From Gammaproteobacteria bacterium (GTDB lineage: Bacteria; Pseudomonadota; Gammaproteobacteria; Eutrophobiales; Eutrophobiaceae), in NCBI GenBank assembly GCA_965221695.1, contig OZ244905.1:2432001-2496000 (forward strand): 64,000 bases of DNA. The letters run 5' to 3'. The stretch's first letter is position 1. Each line of letters begins with the position of its first letter. Position numbers and translations under genes: made by a program. Of this stretch, positions 21,239 through 30,560 are shown piece after piece. The notes beneath the pieces were generated by a model, which saw nothing but the letters and a program-made list of their open reading frames with translations, ran no database searches and was not told where the DNA came from.

Positions 21239-22476
21239 ATCATCCCCTTCTGTAGATCTATCAGGTAGTCAATCTCCTCTTCGGTGTTGAAGAAATGCGC
21301 GCTGATGCGCAGGTTGCCTACGCCGCCCAGGGCGCGCATGGAGATCTTGATAGGCCTCATGCCGCGGCCTGGAGCGGCGCAGCGTTGGAAGAATGCCAGA
21401 TCCTTGTCGTAATCTCCCGTGGTGTAAGTGATCAGGCCATGGCGTTTTTTCGGGTCGGTGGGGCAGGTTACCCGGCAGCCGATTTCCTCCAGCCTGTTGA
21501 CGGTATAGGCGCCCAGGCGGCGCACCCGTTGCTCGACATTTTTGATGCCTATCTTCTCGTAGAACTTCAGGGTGGCCACCCAGCCGAACAGCGATGGACC
21601 GATAGTGGTGTCTTGGGAAAAGCGGTTGGCGTTGTTCACCGGAGGATAATTCCAGCTTGCCAGGTTGTCGTGGTCGCGGTCTGCGAAGGGGATGGAACCA
21701 GGGATATCCGCCCAGATGTAATTGCGGTAGCGGGCGTCGATGCGGTCCATGACGGAACGCTTGATGTAAAAGATGCCGGCTCCTTCCGGTCCGCACTGCC
21801 ACTTGTAGGCGCCTGATACCAGAAAGTCGACGCCGTCATCCTTAACGTCTATGTCCACTGCGCCCAGGGCCTGCATGGCGTCATCCAGAACCAGGGCGCC
21901 CTGGGCATGGGCAATCCGGCAGACTTCCTTCATGTCGAAGGTGAACCCGCAAAACGCCGCAGTGCGATCCACAATCACCATACGGGTATCGCCGTCCACC
22001 TGTTTTTCCATATCCTCCATGCGTATTTCGCCGTTAACGTTGCGTACCACCCGGATCTCAATGCCATGACGGCGCCGCAGGTCCTGCAGAATATAAGGGA
22101 TAGACGGGTATGACAGGTCTGTGATCACCACGTTGTCGGATTCCGACCACTCCATCATGTTATAAAGGATCAGGTTGGCAGTGATCGCCGGCCGGTATGC
22201 ATTGGTGACCTCATCCTTGTCTGCATTGATAAAGCGCGCGCTCAGACGCACGCTCTCGTCCCATTTTGCAAGCAGGAATGGATGGGTGGCGATGTCAGCA
22301 GTAGGAATGTCTTCCATGCGGCCATATTCGACGAAGTTATAGAAATCGCGGACAGCTTTAAGCCAGTAATTACCTGGCGCCATCTGGTCTGCCGCGTTCA
22401 GGTAGACCCAGTGCTCAAGCAGTTTGAATTCGGCGCGGACCTCGTCCAGGTGTACGTCAATATAGTTCTCAGCCAT
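21235..22476 (-). CDS. Class V PLP-dependent enzyme (cysteine desulfurase/kynureninase/isopenicillin epimerase-like fold)
   Basis: VRAEF...VYLNAA, LDDAMQALG, PLP lysine in SGAYKWQCGP, LRISAHFFNTEEEID; start MAENY at 22476. Confidence 0.85.
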   Translation of the reverse strand: MAENYIDVHLDEVRAEFKLLEHWVYLNAADQMAPGNYWLKAVRDFYNFVEYGRMEDIPTADIATHPFLLAKWDESVRLSARFINADKDEVTNAYRPAITANLILYNMMEWSESDNVVITDLSYPSIPYILQDLRRRHGIEIRVVRNVNGEIRMEDMEKQVDGDTRMVIVDRTAAFCGFTFDMKEVCRIAHAQGALVLDDAMQALGAVDIDVKDDGVDFLVSGAYKWQCGPEGAGIFYIKRSVMDRIDARYRNYIWADIPGSIPFADRDHDNLASWNYPPVNNANRFSQDTTIGPSLFGWVATLKFYEKIGIKNVEQRVRRLGAYTVNRLEEIGCRVTCPTDPKKRHGLITYTTGDYDKDLAFFQRCAAPGRGMRPIKISMRALGGVGNLRISAHFFNTEEEIDYLIDLQKGMM

Positions 22477-22624
22477 CTTGTTGTTTACCTGCAAAACGGT
22501 AATTATAGGGGAAAAGCAGGATCTGTGAGCTTTGTTTCGGACAATCCCTCCAGATGTGATTATGCGACGCCCTCCGGGCGACACAATATTACCGAGCTTG
22601 TGGTTGTGTTGAAATGGTAAAATA

Positions 22625-22652
22625 GGCGTACTCTGATTAAATCAGAGGTTCC
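22625..22652. repeat. Degenerate terminal hairpin of MITE family A
   Basis: GGCGTACTCTGATTAAATCAGAGGTTCC. Confidence 0.65.
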
Positions 22653-22671
22653 TAATAAATTTAATGAGATG

Positions 22672-22770
22672 TGCTGCTTGCGAAGGGCGCGCCATTCACT
22701 GCGCGCCGCGCCTTGCGCTCAACCGCTTCCCGACCCGCTGAAAATGTCAAAATTAAGTTGAAAGAGTACT
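22672..22770 (-). mobile_element. Truncated copy (one end, ~100 bp) of MITE family B
   Basis: Reverse complement of ~51471-51570, including the TIR ...TGTCAAAATTAAGTTGAAAGAGTACT. Confidence 0.8.
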
Positions 22771-22777
22771 AGTTAAC

Positions 22778-24130
22778 ATGACTGAACGCACAACGCGCGA
22801 GCAATGGTCTTCACGCGCCGGGTTTATCCTGGCTGCGATTGGTGGGGCTATCGGTCTTGGCAATATCTGGAAATTCCCTTATATCGCCGGGACCAGTGGC
22901 GGCAGCGCCTTTGTCATTATTTACCTGTTCGTCGTCGCGCTGGTTGCCGTTCCCATTCTTACCGCCGAGTTGATGCTCGGACGCTGCGGCAGGCGCAGCC
23001 CGCCCTCCGCGATGTTACACATTGCACAGAGAGAAAGCCGGTCCCGGTGGTGGTCGGGGGTAGGCTGGCTCGGCGCCGGCGCCGGGTTTCTGATTCTCAC
23101 CTTTTACAGCGCTGTGGGCGGTTGGGTGCTGGACTATGTATTCGTGTCCCTGAGCGGCGGGTTTTCCGGGATGGATTCCTCTGCGGCACAAACACGTTTC
23201 GGTCGCATGCTGGCAGATCCGTTGCGCATGTTGCTATCGTATACGGTATTCCTGGGTGTAACTGGATTGATCCTCAGCGCCGGTCTGCGCAACGGCATTG
23301 AACGGGCTACGGGAATACTGATGCCGGCGTTGTTCCTGATGTTGCTGGTATTGATGGTCTACAGCGCGCTTGAGGGTGACTTGGAGGCAGGTCTGAGGTT
23401 CCTGTTCGCGGTGGATTTCAGCCGGATCAACCCGGACGTGATGCTCTCTGCAGTGGGGCACGCATTTTTTTCCGTCGGTGTGTCGATGGGGTTGATGATG
23501 GCCTACGGCGCCTATTTGCCGCAAAGTGTGTCCATTCCCCGTACTGCGCTGATCATCGCGGGGGTCGATACGCTGGTGGCCATCATGGCCGGGATTGTCA
23601 TTTTTCCACTGGTATTCGCAAATGCCCTGGCGCCGGGCGAAGGGCCGGGTCTGATCTTCGTCACTCTGCCCATTGCATTCGGCAATATGCCCGCCGGGAG
23701 TCTGTTCGGCGCCCTGTTTTTTCTGCTGTTGCTGTTCGCTGCAGTAACGTCTTCCATCGCCATCATGGAGCCGGCCGTCGCCTGGGTCGAAGAACAGCGT
23801 AACTTCAGCCGCAAAACCAGCGCGATACTAGTGACCGGCGTCATCTGGGTATTGGGAATCGGCAGCGTGTTGTCGTTCAATTTGTGGGCGGAGGTCAGAC
23901 CCATCGCCGGAAAAACCCTGTTTGAACTGATGGATTACCTCACGGCCAACCTGATGATGCCGATAGGTGGGATGCTGATCGCCATCTTTGCCGGCTGGTT
24001 TGTGCGCCGCGCCACCCTGCTGGAGGAATTACAAATCGACCGGTCCTGGCTGTTTGCAATCTGGCGGTTTCTTATCAGGACGGTGGCGCCGGTTGCCATT
24101 GCCGGAATCCTGGTGACAAACCTGGTTTGA
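22778..24130 (+). CDS. Sodium-dependent transporter, NSS/SNF family
   Basis: REQWSSRAGFILAAIGGAIGLGNIWKFPY, GPGLIFVTLP. Confidence 0.95.
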   Translation: MTERTTREQWSSRAGFILAAIGGAIGLGNIWKFPYIAGTSGGSAFVIIYLFVVALVAVPILTAELMLGRCGRRSPPSAMLHIAQRESRSRWWSGVGWLGAGAGFLILTFYSAVGGWVLDYVFVSLSGGFSGMDSSAAQTRFGRMLADPLRMLLSYTVFLGVTGLILSAGLRNGIERATGILMPALFLMLLVLMVYSALEGDLEAGLRFLFAVDFSRINPDVMLSAVGHAFFSVGVSMGLMMAYGAYLPQSVSIPRTALIIAGVDTLVAIMAGIVIFPLVFANALAPGEGPGLIFVTLPIAFGNMPAGSLFGALFFLLLLFAAVTSSIAIMEPAVAWVEEQRNFSRKTSAILVTGVIWVLGIGSVLSFNLWAEVRPIAGKTLFELMDYLTANLMMPIGGMLIAIFAGWFVRRATLLEELQIDRSWLFAIWRFLIRTVAPVAIAGILVTNLV

Positions 24131-24154
24131 AGCGGACTTTGGTTATGAATTAAG

Positions 24155-24196
24155 GGAAACTCTGAACAAGTCCGTCCTGGACTTGTCAGAGGTTCC
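24155..24196. repeat. 42-bp internal-deletion derivative of MITE family A
   Basis: GGAAACTCTGAACAAGTCCGTCCTGGACTTGTCAGAGGTTCC keeps both termini. Confidence 0.75.
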
Positions 24197-24207
24197 TTAG
24201 GTACCAT

Positions 24208-24879
24208 ATGCTGATGTCCTACGAAGTCATCAAGTTTATCCATGTGCTGCTGCTGGTTTTCTGGCTGGGAACCGATGTGGGCGTCTTGCTGCTGGCCCGG
24301 AAGTTCCGCGATGCAAACCTGTCCGTGGAGACGCGCCTGGCGCTGCTGCACATGGCCATGGTTATCGATACCCTCCCGCGCATCTGTTTTATCGTGATGC
24401 TGCCCGCGGGTGTGCACCTGGCCAATGCCGCCGGGTTGCTCAATGTCGAACCGGTCGGCATGGTTGGCCTGTGGCTGCTTGCCGCGCTGTTGCTTTCGGT
24501 TAACATGTCTGCGGCGAAACATATCGGTACGCCCCTGGGCGCCAGGCTGCAACGCCTGAACTGGCTCGGACTGGGTCTTTCCGGACTGCTGCTGATCGCT
24601 ACCGGGTTGGCCTCGATGATCACGGGGACCCCGTACATGGTTTCCTGGCTCGCGGCCAAGATCGTCATTTACGGCCTGGTCTACTGGTTTGCGATTGGCA
24701 TAGACTGGATGTTCGTGCCGGTTGGCCGGCTGACTGCTGAACTGGCGGAAAAAGGCTCTTCAGAAGAAGTCGAAGCGGGCATCACCCGTACCGTGGACCA
24801 GACCATGTGGGCCGTGCTTGCGGTCTATGCGGCAACCCTCGCTGCAGCCTATATTTGCATAACGAAGTTTGAATTTTAA
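24208..24879 (+). CDS. Hypothetical integral membrane protein
   Basis: 223 aa, ~6 hydrophobic segments, N-terminal IKFIHVLLLVFWLG. Confidence 0.8.
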   Translation: MLMSYEVIKFIHVLLLVFWLGTDVGVLLLARKFRDANLSVETRLALLHMAMVIDTLPRICFIVMLPAGVHLANAAGLLNVEPVGMVGLWLLAALLLSVNMSAAKHIGTPLGARLQRLNWLGLGLSGLLLIATGLASMITGTPYMVSWLAAKIVIYGLVYWFAIGIDWMFVPVGRLTAELAEKGSSEEVEAGITRTVDQTMWAVLAVYAATLAAAYICITKFEF

Positions 24880-24894
24880 GCATACAGTTGTTTT

Positions 24895-24920
24895 CCTGGG
24901 AGCGCGGGCGTCTCGCCCGC
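24895..24920. repeat. REP-like hairpin family C (CCTGGGAGCGCGGGCGTCTCGCCCGC)
   Basis: Between convergent genes; inverted copy at ~35929-35954. Confidence 0.65.
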
Positions 24921-24944
24921 GTATGGGCGCCTGCCCTGTGAAAT

Positions 24945-25427
24945 TTAAAACCTGGCGTCGGGCGTGGCCTGGTCGATATCGAGGTACAGCTTCCACTCAT
25001 TGTCCGGGTTTCGTTTGTAGATGAGTAGCGAGCGACCGGCATCCCGGTAAGTATCTCCGCCCGATATCGGTTCGCTTGTCAGGTAATATTTGCTCAGCAG
25101 GTGCGCGGTGTCGCCGTGAATCTGTATCTCCTCTATATCTATTTCGAACGTCACCCTGGACTTGCCCATACCAGGCGCAAAAAAGTTGCGAATCTGTTCC
25201 ACGCCGCGCAATGCCGGTCTGCCGTGCAGCGCGACGATTGCGTCCTGCGTGTACAAGGTCATCAAGCCGTCCAGGTCGCCTGCCGCATATAATTCGATCC
25301 AGCGTTGGGCGACCTGTTCTATCGCGGCAATGTCGCTCGCGTCATCTGCTGCCGCTTGGTTGCACAACATCAGGCCCAGCAAGATAAACCACGCGGGTTT
25401 TGCAAAGCTGTAATATAAGAATTTCAT
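24945..25427 (-). CDS. Exported NTF2-like/SnoaL (YybH/DUF4440-type) protein
   Basis: Signal peptide; AGDLDGLMTLYTQDA...GVEQIR...KRNPDNEWKL. Confidence 0.82.
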   Translation of the reverse strand: MKFLYYSFAKPAWFILLGLMLCNQAAADDASDIAAIEQVAQRWIELYAAGDLDGLMTLYTQDAIVALHGRPALRGVEQIRNFFAPGMGKSRVTFEIDIEEIQIHGDTAHLLSKYYLTSEPISGGDTYRDAGRSLLIYKRNPDNEWKLYLDIDQATPDARF

Positions 25428-25501
25428 TAAATCGTACCTCTCGTGTGTCGTTGAATGCCGTTATAGGATGGTTGGCGATGAGTTTTGCCATGCGTCTGAG
25501 T

Positions 25502-25517
25502 TAATGTTATAACATTA
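25502..25517. promoter_or_regulatory. Perfect 16-bp palindrome TAATGTTATAACATTA, putative regulon operator
   Basis: Between divergent genes; the core TGWTATAWCA recurs upstream of other operons in the window. Confidence 0.7.
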
Positions 25518-25585
25518 GATCATTCGATAACAGGTCATCGACGTGATAGATTTTCATCCTTGCCTTCAACCGGGAGTACCTATTC

Positions 25586-26581
25586 ATGAAGCGCCACTAC
25601 AAACTTGGTATTTTGCTGTTTGCCTCGGCCATGTTGGTCGGAGCATCTGATGTTTCGCCGGCCACTGATCAATGGCAACCGCTGCAAATCACAGATGTCG
25701 GCAGCCACCCATGGGATACCAGTCCCCGCTTCAGATCAAAGACGAAAACCTTTTTCAAGGGGCCCGATGACAGCAGCTTGATCTATGCGCACTTCTCGCC
25801 GCGCTGGGATATGACACCTCCCGCCGACCCCTTGGGGCCGCACTATCATCACTGGCATGAATGGGCTTATGTGCTCGATGGCGACTTTGTCATCCATGAG
25901 CCGGTCAGCGCGCAACAGAAATCCGGGATGCTGTCACATTTTACCCAAGGTACCTGGCTGGACCGTCCTGCTTACTCCTTGCACGGCGGTGGCTGGGAAG
26001 TCGGCGGGATGCGCGCGCAGAATGCCTGCACCCTGCTGATCTTTGAGGAAGGTGACGGTAGTGTTGTCACCGTGGGGCCAAACGGCGATCATTTCAAACC
26101 GGATTTCCCCGACACACCGGATCCATACTTGCCGGATTGGCAGGCAGTACAACAATTCACGCATCCATGGATTGTGCACACGACGACTGACCTGGAGTGG
26201 GAAACAGATACCAAGGTACCGGGGCGCTTGTTGAAGTGGTTGAGCGATGATCAGAAGGAAGGTTTCCGCGCCCGCCTGGTAAAAATCCCCCCGGGTTGGC
26301 AGGCCCCGAAACAACACAAGGCCAGTTATTATAAACAGGCCAGCCGCTTTATCTACATGATCTATGGCGACCTCAGCATTGCGCAACGGGACAATCTCGC
26401 CGCTTCGGGCATGCCGGTACAACTGTCCAAGGACTTCTTTGTTTACCAGCTCCCCTACAGCCTGTTCGGTTTTGCTGACGGGCCTGTCACGACCAGCGGC
26501 GCGATCTGGCTGGAAGTCGTGTATGCCAAGGGGCTCGCTGTAGGCGGTGGTAGGATCGAAATCCCCTCGCACCCTGAATGA
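25586..26581 (+). CDS. Exported bicupin, DUF4437/ChrR-like
   Basis: Signal peptide; cupin metal motif HYHHWHEWAYVLDG and G-x-W-LDRPAYSLHG. Confidence 0.7.
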   Translation: MKRHYKLGILLFASAMLVGASDVSPATDQWQPLQITDVGSHPWDTSPRFRSKTKTFFKGPDDSSLIYAHFSPRWDMTPPADPLGPHYHHWHEWAYVLDGDFVIHEPVSAQQKSGMLSHFTQGTWLDRPAYSLHGGGWEVGGMRAQNACTLLIFEEGDGSVVTVGPNGDHFKPDFPDTPDPYLPDWQAVQQFTHPWIVHTTTDLEWETDTKVPGRLLKWLSDDQKEGFRARLVKIPPGWQAPKQHKASYYKQASRFIYMIYGDLSIAQRDNLAASGMPVQLSKDFFVYQLPYSLFGFADGPVTTSGAIWLEVVYAKGLAVGGGRIEIPSHPE

Positions 26582-26656
26582 AACCTGTTGCCTGCTCACA
26601 ACACTTATTCGTTTAGACAACAAAACAGTTACAATGTCACGGAAGAATTGATATAT

Positions 26657-26666
26657 TGATATAACA
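26657..26666. promoter_or_regulatory. Operator copy TGATATAACA
   Basis: About 90 bp upstream of the TonB receptor. Confidence 0.62.
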
Positions 26667-26758
26667 TTCAGTGTGATAATGGTAAATCAACCCTCTGAAG
26701 AGATTGGTGCAGTAGGGTTCAGGGGTTCAATAATAAAAAAGCTTTCGGGAGACCTGTT

Positions 26759-29005
26759 GTGAATTTCAGATCCAACTCTATTAACAATATTCTGCTCTCC
26801 GGCGTTGTCCTTGCGATTGTTTTTTCGCCACAGTCCTGGTCCCAGGGCATTGAGGAGGTCGTGGTTACTGCGACCCGGCGCGCGGAGAATGTCCAGAGTA
26901 TTCCTGTTGCCGTTTCAGCATTCACCGATGACGATGTGGCCCGCCTGGGGATCACTGAAACCATGGATGTTTCCCAGGTGGTGCCAAACTTCCTTGCCCA
27001 TAACAACACCGGGCTGGGAACCGCCAACACCTATTCGTTGCGCGGTCTGAACAATACCGAATCGATCGCCACGTTCGACCCGCCGGTAGGCACCTACGTG
27101 GATGATTTCTTCATCCAGCGCCAGAATGCGAACAACTATGCGTTGTTCGATATCGACCGGATAGAGGTATTGAGAGGTCCCCAGGGCACGTTGTTCGGCC
27201 GGAACACGACCGGCGGCGCGGTGCGCGTCATTCTGGATGAGCCGGCTGAAGAGTTCGGCGGCTATGCTGAAATAGGCGGCGGGCGTTTCGATAAGATTTC
27301 CGCAAGAGGCAGCGTGGATATTCCTGCAGCGGAAACGTTACGCATGAAGATTTCCGGTTATTACATCAATGACGATGGATTTGTCGATAATCTGACGACC
27401 GGACAAAAAGGCCTCAATCATGAAGACAACTTCGGCATACGGGGCGCGCTGTTATGGGAACCCACGGATACTGCTTCATGGAATGTCGCGTTGGCTTATA
27501 TTGATAATGAACATGCGAACATGTATAACTATGTCGATGGCGGTGATCGGTACACCCGGACCGGACTGGTCACTGACGGGACGCCCTATGCAGGCCTGCT
27601 GACCGGCGACAAGCAGAACTTTGGCTTGGGCAATGATACCCGATCCTTGCATTTCACTTCCGATATCGAATGGGAAACCGCCATTGGCACCGTTAATATC
27701 CTTACCAGCTACCTGACTTTGGAACAGGACTTTCTGCTGGATTTCTATGAGGGCCCGTTTACCACTGGCGGTTTTGTCATCGCCAATGAAGGCGAACACG
27801 ACCAATTCTCACAGGAGGCGAAACTGACCGGGTCCTTCGGCGACAAGCTGGATTACATTGCCGGTGTCTTCTATTTCAACGAGGATAACAAGACCGACAT
27901 GGCGCAGATATTCAACCTGGGCATGGTCGGACTGTTCCTGCCCACCGGGTTCCCGTTAATCCAGTACGACCGAACCATGGATAATAGTGTGGATTCATGG
28001 GCGGTCTACGGTCAGTTTGACCTGCGTGTGACCGAGCAGTTGACGCTAACGGCCGGTGTGCGCTACACCGATGAAGAGAAGGACTTCGGCATTACCGACA
28101 ACGGCAACCCGCGGGCCGGAAATGTTTTTGGCAGCAGGGATATAGAAGCCTTGGGCATTCTGTTGAAGCAGGATGAGTCCATGGTCACTCCGCGCTTTGC
28201 CATCGAATTTGAAGCCACTGACGACTTCATGGTTTACGCTTCTGCTACCCGCGGCTTCAAGTCCGGCGGTTGGAATGCCAGGGGCACGGCCGCGGCGACA
28301 CTAACACCGTTTTCTGCGGAGAAGATCTGGAATTACGAAGGCGGAATACGCTCAGAGTGGCTCGATAAAAAAGTGCGGGTGAACCTGACAGGATTTTACT
28401 CCGATATAACCGATTTCCAATTGCCGTCGGCTTATGTCAACCCGGTGGATGGTTCCATTGCCTTCATCACCCAGAACTTTGCTGACCTGGAGGTCTATGG
28501 TTTCGAGGCGGAACTGCTTGCCAATCCGGTGGATAACCTGACGCTGTTTGCCAATATAGGCATCATGGAATCGGACTATAAAAACCTGGATCCATCGATT
28601 ATCACGCAGCAGGGAATCTGTCTGACCACCGGTGAACAATGCGCGCAAAGCATCGTCAATCCGTACGGCAATATTGCGCCGCCGGTGCGGTCGCCGGAGC
28701 ACCAGTTATCGATAGGCGGCTGGTATGAGATACCGATCACCGATGACATAAACATCGTCCCGCAGATCAACGTCATTGATTACGGCGAGCACAATATCAG
28801 CACCAGCGGCCAGGACAGTGCGCTGATAAACGGTTATACCATCATCAACGGCGGTGTCAGCATCGAGCATAAGACGCAGGGCTGGTCTCTGACCGCATCC
28901 TGCCAGAACTGCACCGATAAGAATCAGTACGTCTCTTATCTTGCCGGATTGGTTTATCTGCAGGACCCGGCAACCTGGTCGGTGACCTTGAACAAGCGGT
29001 TTTAA
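26759..29005 (+). CDS. TonB-dependent receptor
   Basis: IEEVVVTATRR, IEVLRGPQGTLFGRNTTGG, C-terminal Phe. Confidence 0.95.
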   Translation: MNFRSNSINNILLSGVVLAIVFSPQSWSQGIEEVVVTATRRAENVQSIPVAVSAFTDDDVARLGITETMDVSQVVPNFLAHNNTGLGTANTYSLRGLNNTESIATFDPPVGTYVDDFFIQRQNANNYALFDIDRIEVLRGPQGTLFGRNTTGGAVRVILDEPAEEFGGYAEIGGGRFDKISARGSVDIPAAETLRMKISGYYINDDGFVDNLTTGQKGLNHEDNFGIRGALLWEPTDTASWNVALAYIDNEHANMYNYVDGGDRYTRTGLVTDGTPYAGLLTGDKQNFGLGNDTRSLHFTSDIEWETAIGTVNILTSYLTLEQDFLLDFYEGPFTTGGFVIANEGEHDQFSQEAKLTGSFGDKLDYIAGVFYFNEDNKTDMAQIFNLGMVGLFLPTGFPLIQYDRTMDNSVDSWAVYGQFDLRVTEQLTLTAGVRYTDEEKDFGITDNGNPRAGNVFGSRDIEALGILLKQDESMVTPRFAIEFEATDDFMVYASATRGFKSGGWNARGTAAATLTPFSAEKIWNYEGGIRSEWLDKKVRVNLTGFYSDITDFQLPSAYVNPVDGSIAFITQNFADLEVYGFEAELLANPVDNLTLFANIGIMESDYKNLDPSIITQQGICLTTGEQCAQSIVNPYGNIAPPVRSPEHQLSIGGWYEIPITDDINIVPQINVIDYGEHNISTSGQDSALINGYTIINGGVSIEHKTQGWSLTASCQNCTDKNQYVSYLAGLVYLQDPATWSVTLNKRF

Positions 29006-29010
29006 CCTTA

Positions 29011-29037
29011 GGAAGCTCTGACTTAATCAGAGGTTCC
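29011..29037. repeat. 27-bp minimal MITE family A hairpin with 4-bp flanking direct repeat
   Basis: CTTA-GGAAGCTCTGACTTAATCAGAGGTTCC-CTTA. Confidence 0.75.
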
Positions 29038-29082
29038 CTTACTATTTTGTGTAAGTTTTAGTAACTGAACAGCGCCCCATAC

Positions 29083-29195
29083 CATTCCCGCGCAAGCGGG
29101 AGTGGTATTCTGGCAATGTTTACGCAGCGCCCCCCTATCCCATTCCCGTGGAAACGGGAATCCAGTGAAAAAACGGGTCGGCCCCGGGCGACACA
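29083..29195. repeat. dRS3-like REP hairpins (family D)
   Basis: CATTCCCGCGCAAGCGGGAGTG and CATTCCCGTGGAAACGGGAATCCAG plus a GTCG..GGGCGAC mini-hairpin. Confidence 0.75.
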
Positions 29196-29199
29196 TTAT

Positions 29200-30375
29200 T
29201 CATTGTTCATAGCGAAAAACCAACGCCAGGTAGGACAGCGCCGAGAAACAAATAAACACTGCCACAGGCAAACACAAACTCAATACATTACCGTTATAGA
29301 TCAGTGAAGCCAGGACGGCCGCGATCGCACCCAGGGCCATGGACATACTGTTGGAGATCCCTGATGCAGTGCCGGCCTTATCCGGGTGATGCGCAACCGC
29401 CCCGGCCATGGATGGTGGGTTGACCAGTCCTGTGGAAGCGAACAGGAACAGAAAGGGTATCAGGATGGTTAAAACGCCGACCGGTAAATGCCAGGTCGCA
29501 AGCAGAATCAGCCCGGCGCTGAAAAATGTGCCGCACAGTCCCAGTTGCAATGAGCGTTCGGCGCCGCGCCGGCGGATAACCACGCTGCCAATCAACGATC
29601 CGCAGATATAGGCTAAAGCCATGCTGCCCATGTAAACACCGAACAGGGTCGGCCCCGTGAACAAGCGCTCTTCAAAATACAGCGGCGCGCTGGTCAGGAA
29701 AGTAAAAAAAGCAGCGTTGCCGAACCCGAATACCAGGGTGTAGCCCCAGAATAACCTGGACTTAATCAGACTGCTGAGGTCGGCGCGGATTTTTCTGACA
29801 GCACGGTCTGCTTTTGCCTGTTGCCGACCGGTCTCCGGCAACATTGATATCAACAGCATCAGCACTACCACGGCAAGGCCGGTCATCGCATGAAAACTCA
29901 TGCGCCAACCCCAGGTTTCTATCAGGTAACCGGACAAGGCCGGCGCCAGCATGGTTGCCACGCCCATGCCCCCGGCCAGGTAAGCGGTGTAATGCGCGCT
30001 GGCATCGATACTGAAGCTATCCCGAAACATTGCGCGCGTAACAACTGTGGCCGTGGCTATGCCGGCAGCCTGGACAAGCCGGAATACGATGAACCAGAAC
30101 ATCGTACCGCTCACCGCACAGGCCAGGGTCGCCAGAGTAAATACGGCAAACCCCCACAGCAACACCGGCCGTCTTCCGTACCGGTCACTCAACATGCCGT
30201 GCACAGGTTGCGCCAGGGCCAGCCCCAACAGGTAGATGGAAATCGTGAACTGCACCGTCGATATGGGCAGTCCGAACTCATTTCCGATTGCCGGCAGCGC
30301 CGGCACACACGCGGTCATCGCTAACGGAGAGAACGAACTGGCAATGATCAGGAGAGATATCGGCGGTTTGGACAT
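29200..30375 (-). CDS. Bcr/CflA family MFS transporter
   Basis: PALPAIG, GMLSDRYGRRPVLL, FRLVQAAG, GWR motif. Confidence 0.88.
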   Translation of the reverse strand: MSKPPISLLIIASSFSPLAMTACVPALPAIGNEFGLPISTVQFTISIYLLGLALAQPVHGMLSDRYGRRPVLLWGFAVFTLATLACAVSGTMFWFIVFRLVQAAGIATATVVTRAMFRDSFSIDASAHYTAYLAGGMGVATMLAPALSGYLIETWGWRMSFHAMTGLAVVVLMLLISMLPETGRQQAKADRAVRKIRADLSSLIKSRLFWGYTLVFGFGNAAFFTFLTSAPLYFEERLFTGPTLFGVYMGSMALAYICGSLIGSVVIRRRGAERSLQLGLCGTFFSAGLILLATWHLPVGVLTILIPFLFLFASTGLVNPPSMAGAVAHHPDKAGTASGISNSMSMALGAIAAVLASLIYNGNVLSLCLPVAVFICFSALSYLALVFRYEQ

Positions 30376-30383
30376 GTTAAAAC

Positions 30384-30439
30384 GGTCGCCCTCCAGGCGA
30401 CACAGTATTCGATTGGACTCCCGCTTCCGCGGGAGTGGT
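30384..30439. repeat. REP family D copy
   Basis: GTCGCCCTCCAGGCGAC...TGGACTCCCGCTTCCGCGGGAGTGG. Confidence 0.72.
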
Positions 30440-30560
30440 TCGGAAAAATACCCTGATCATGAGAGTTTAGAATGACAGAGAGAGCCTGTCAGCACAACAT
30501 AATGTCATCCAGGACCCGGGATCAAACCATGGGCGGCTTATCCCGCGCAGTTATCCTGAG

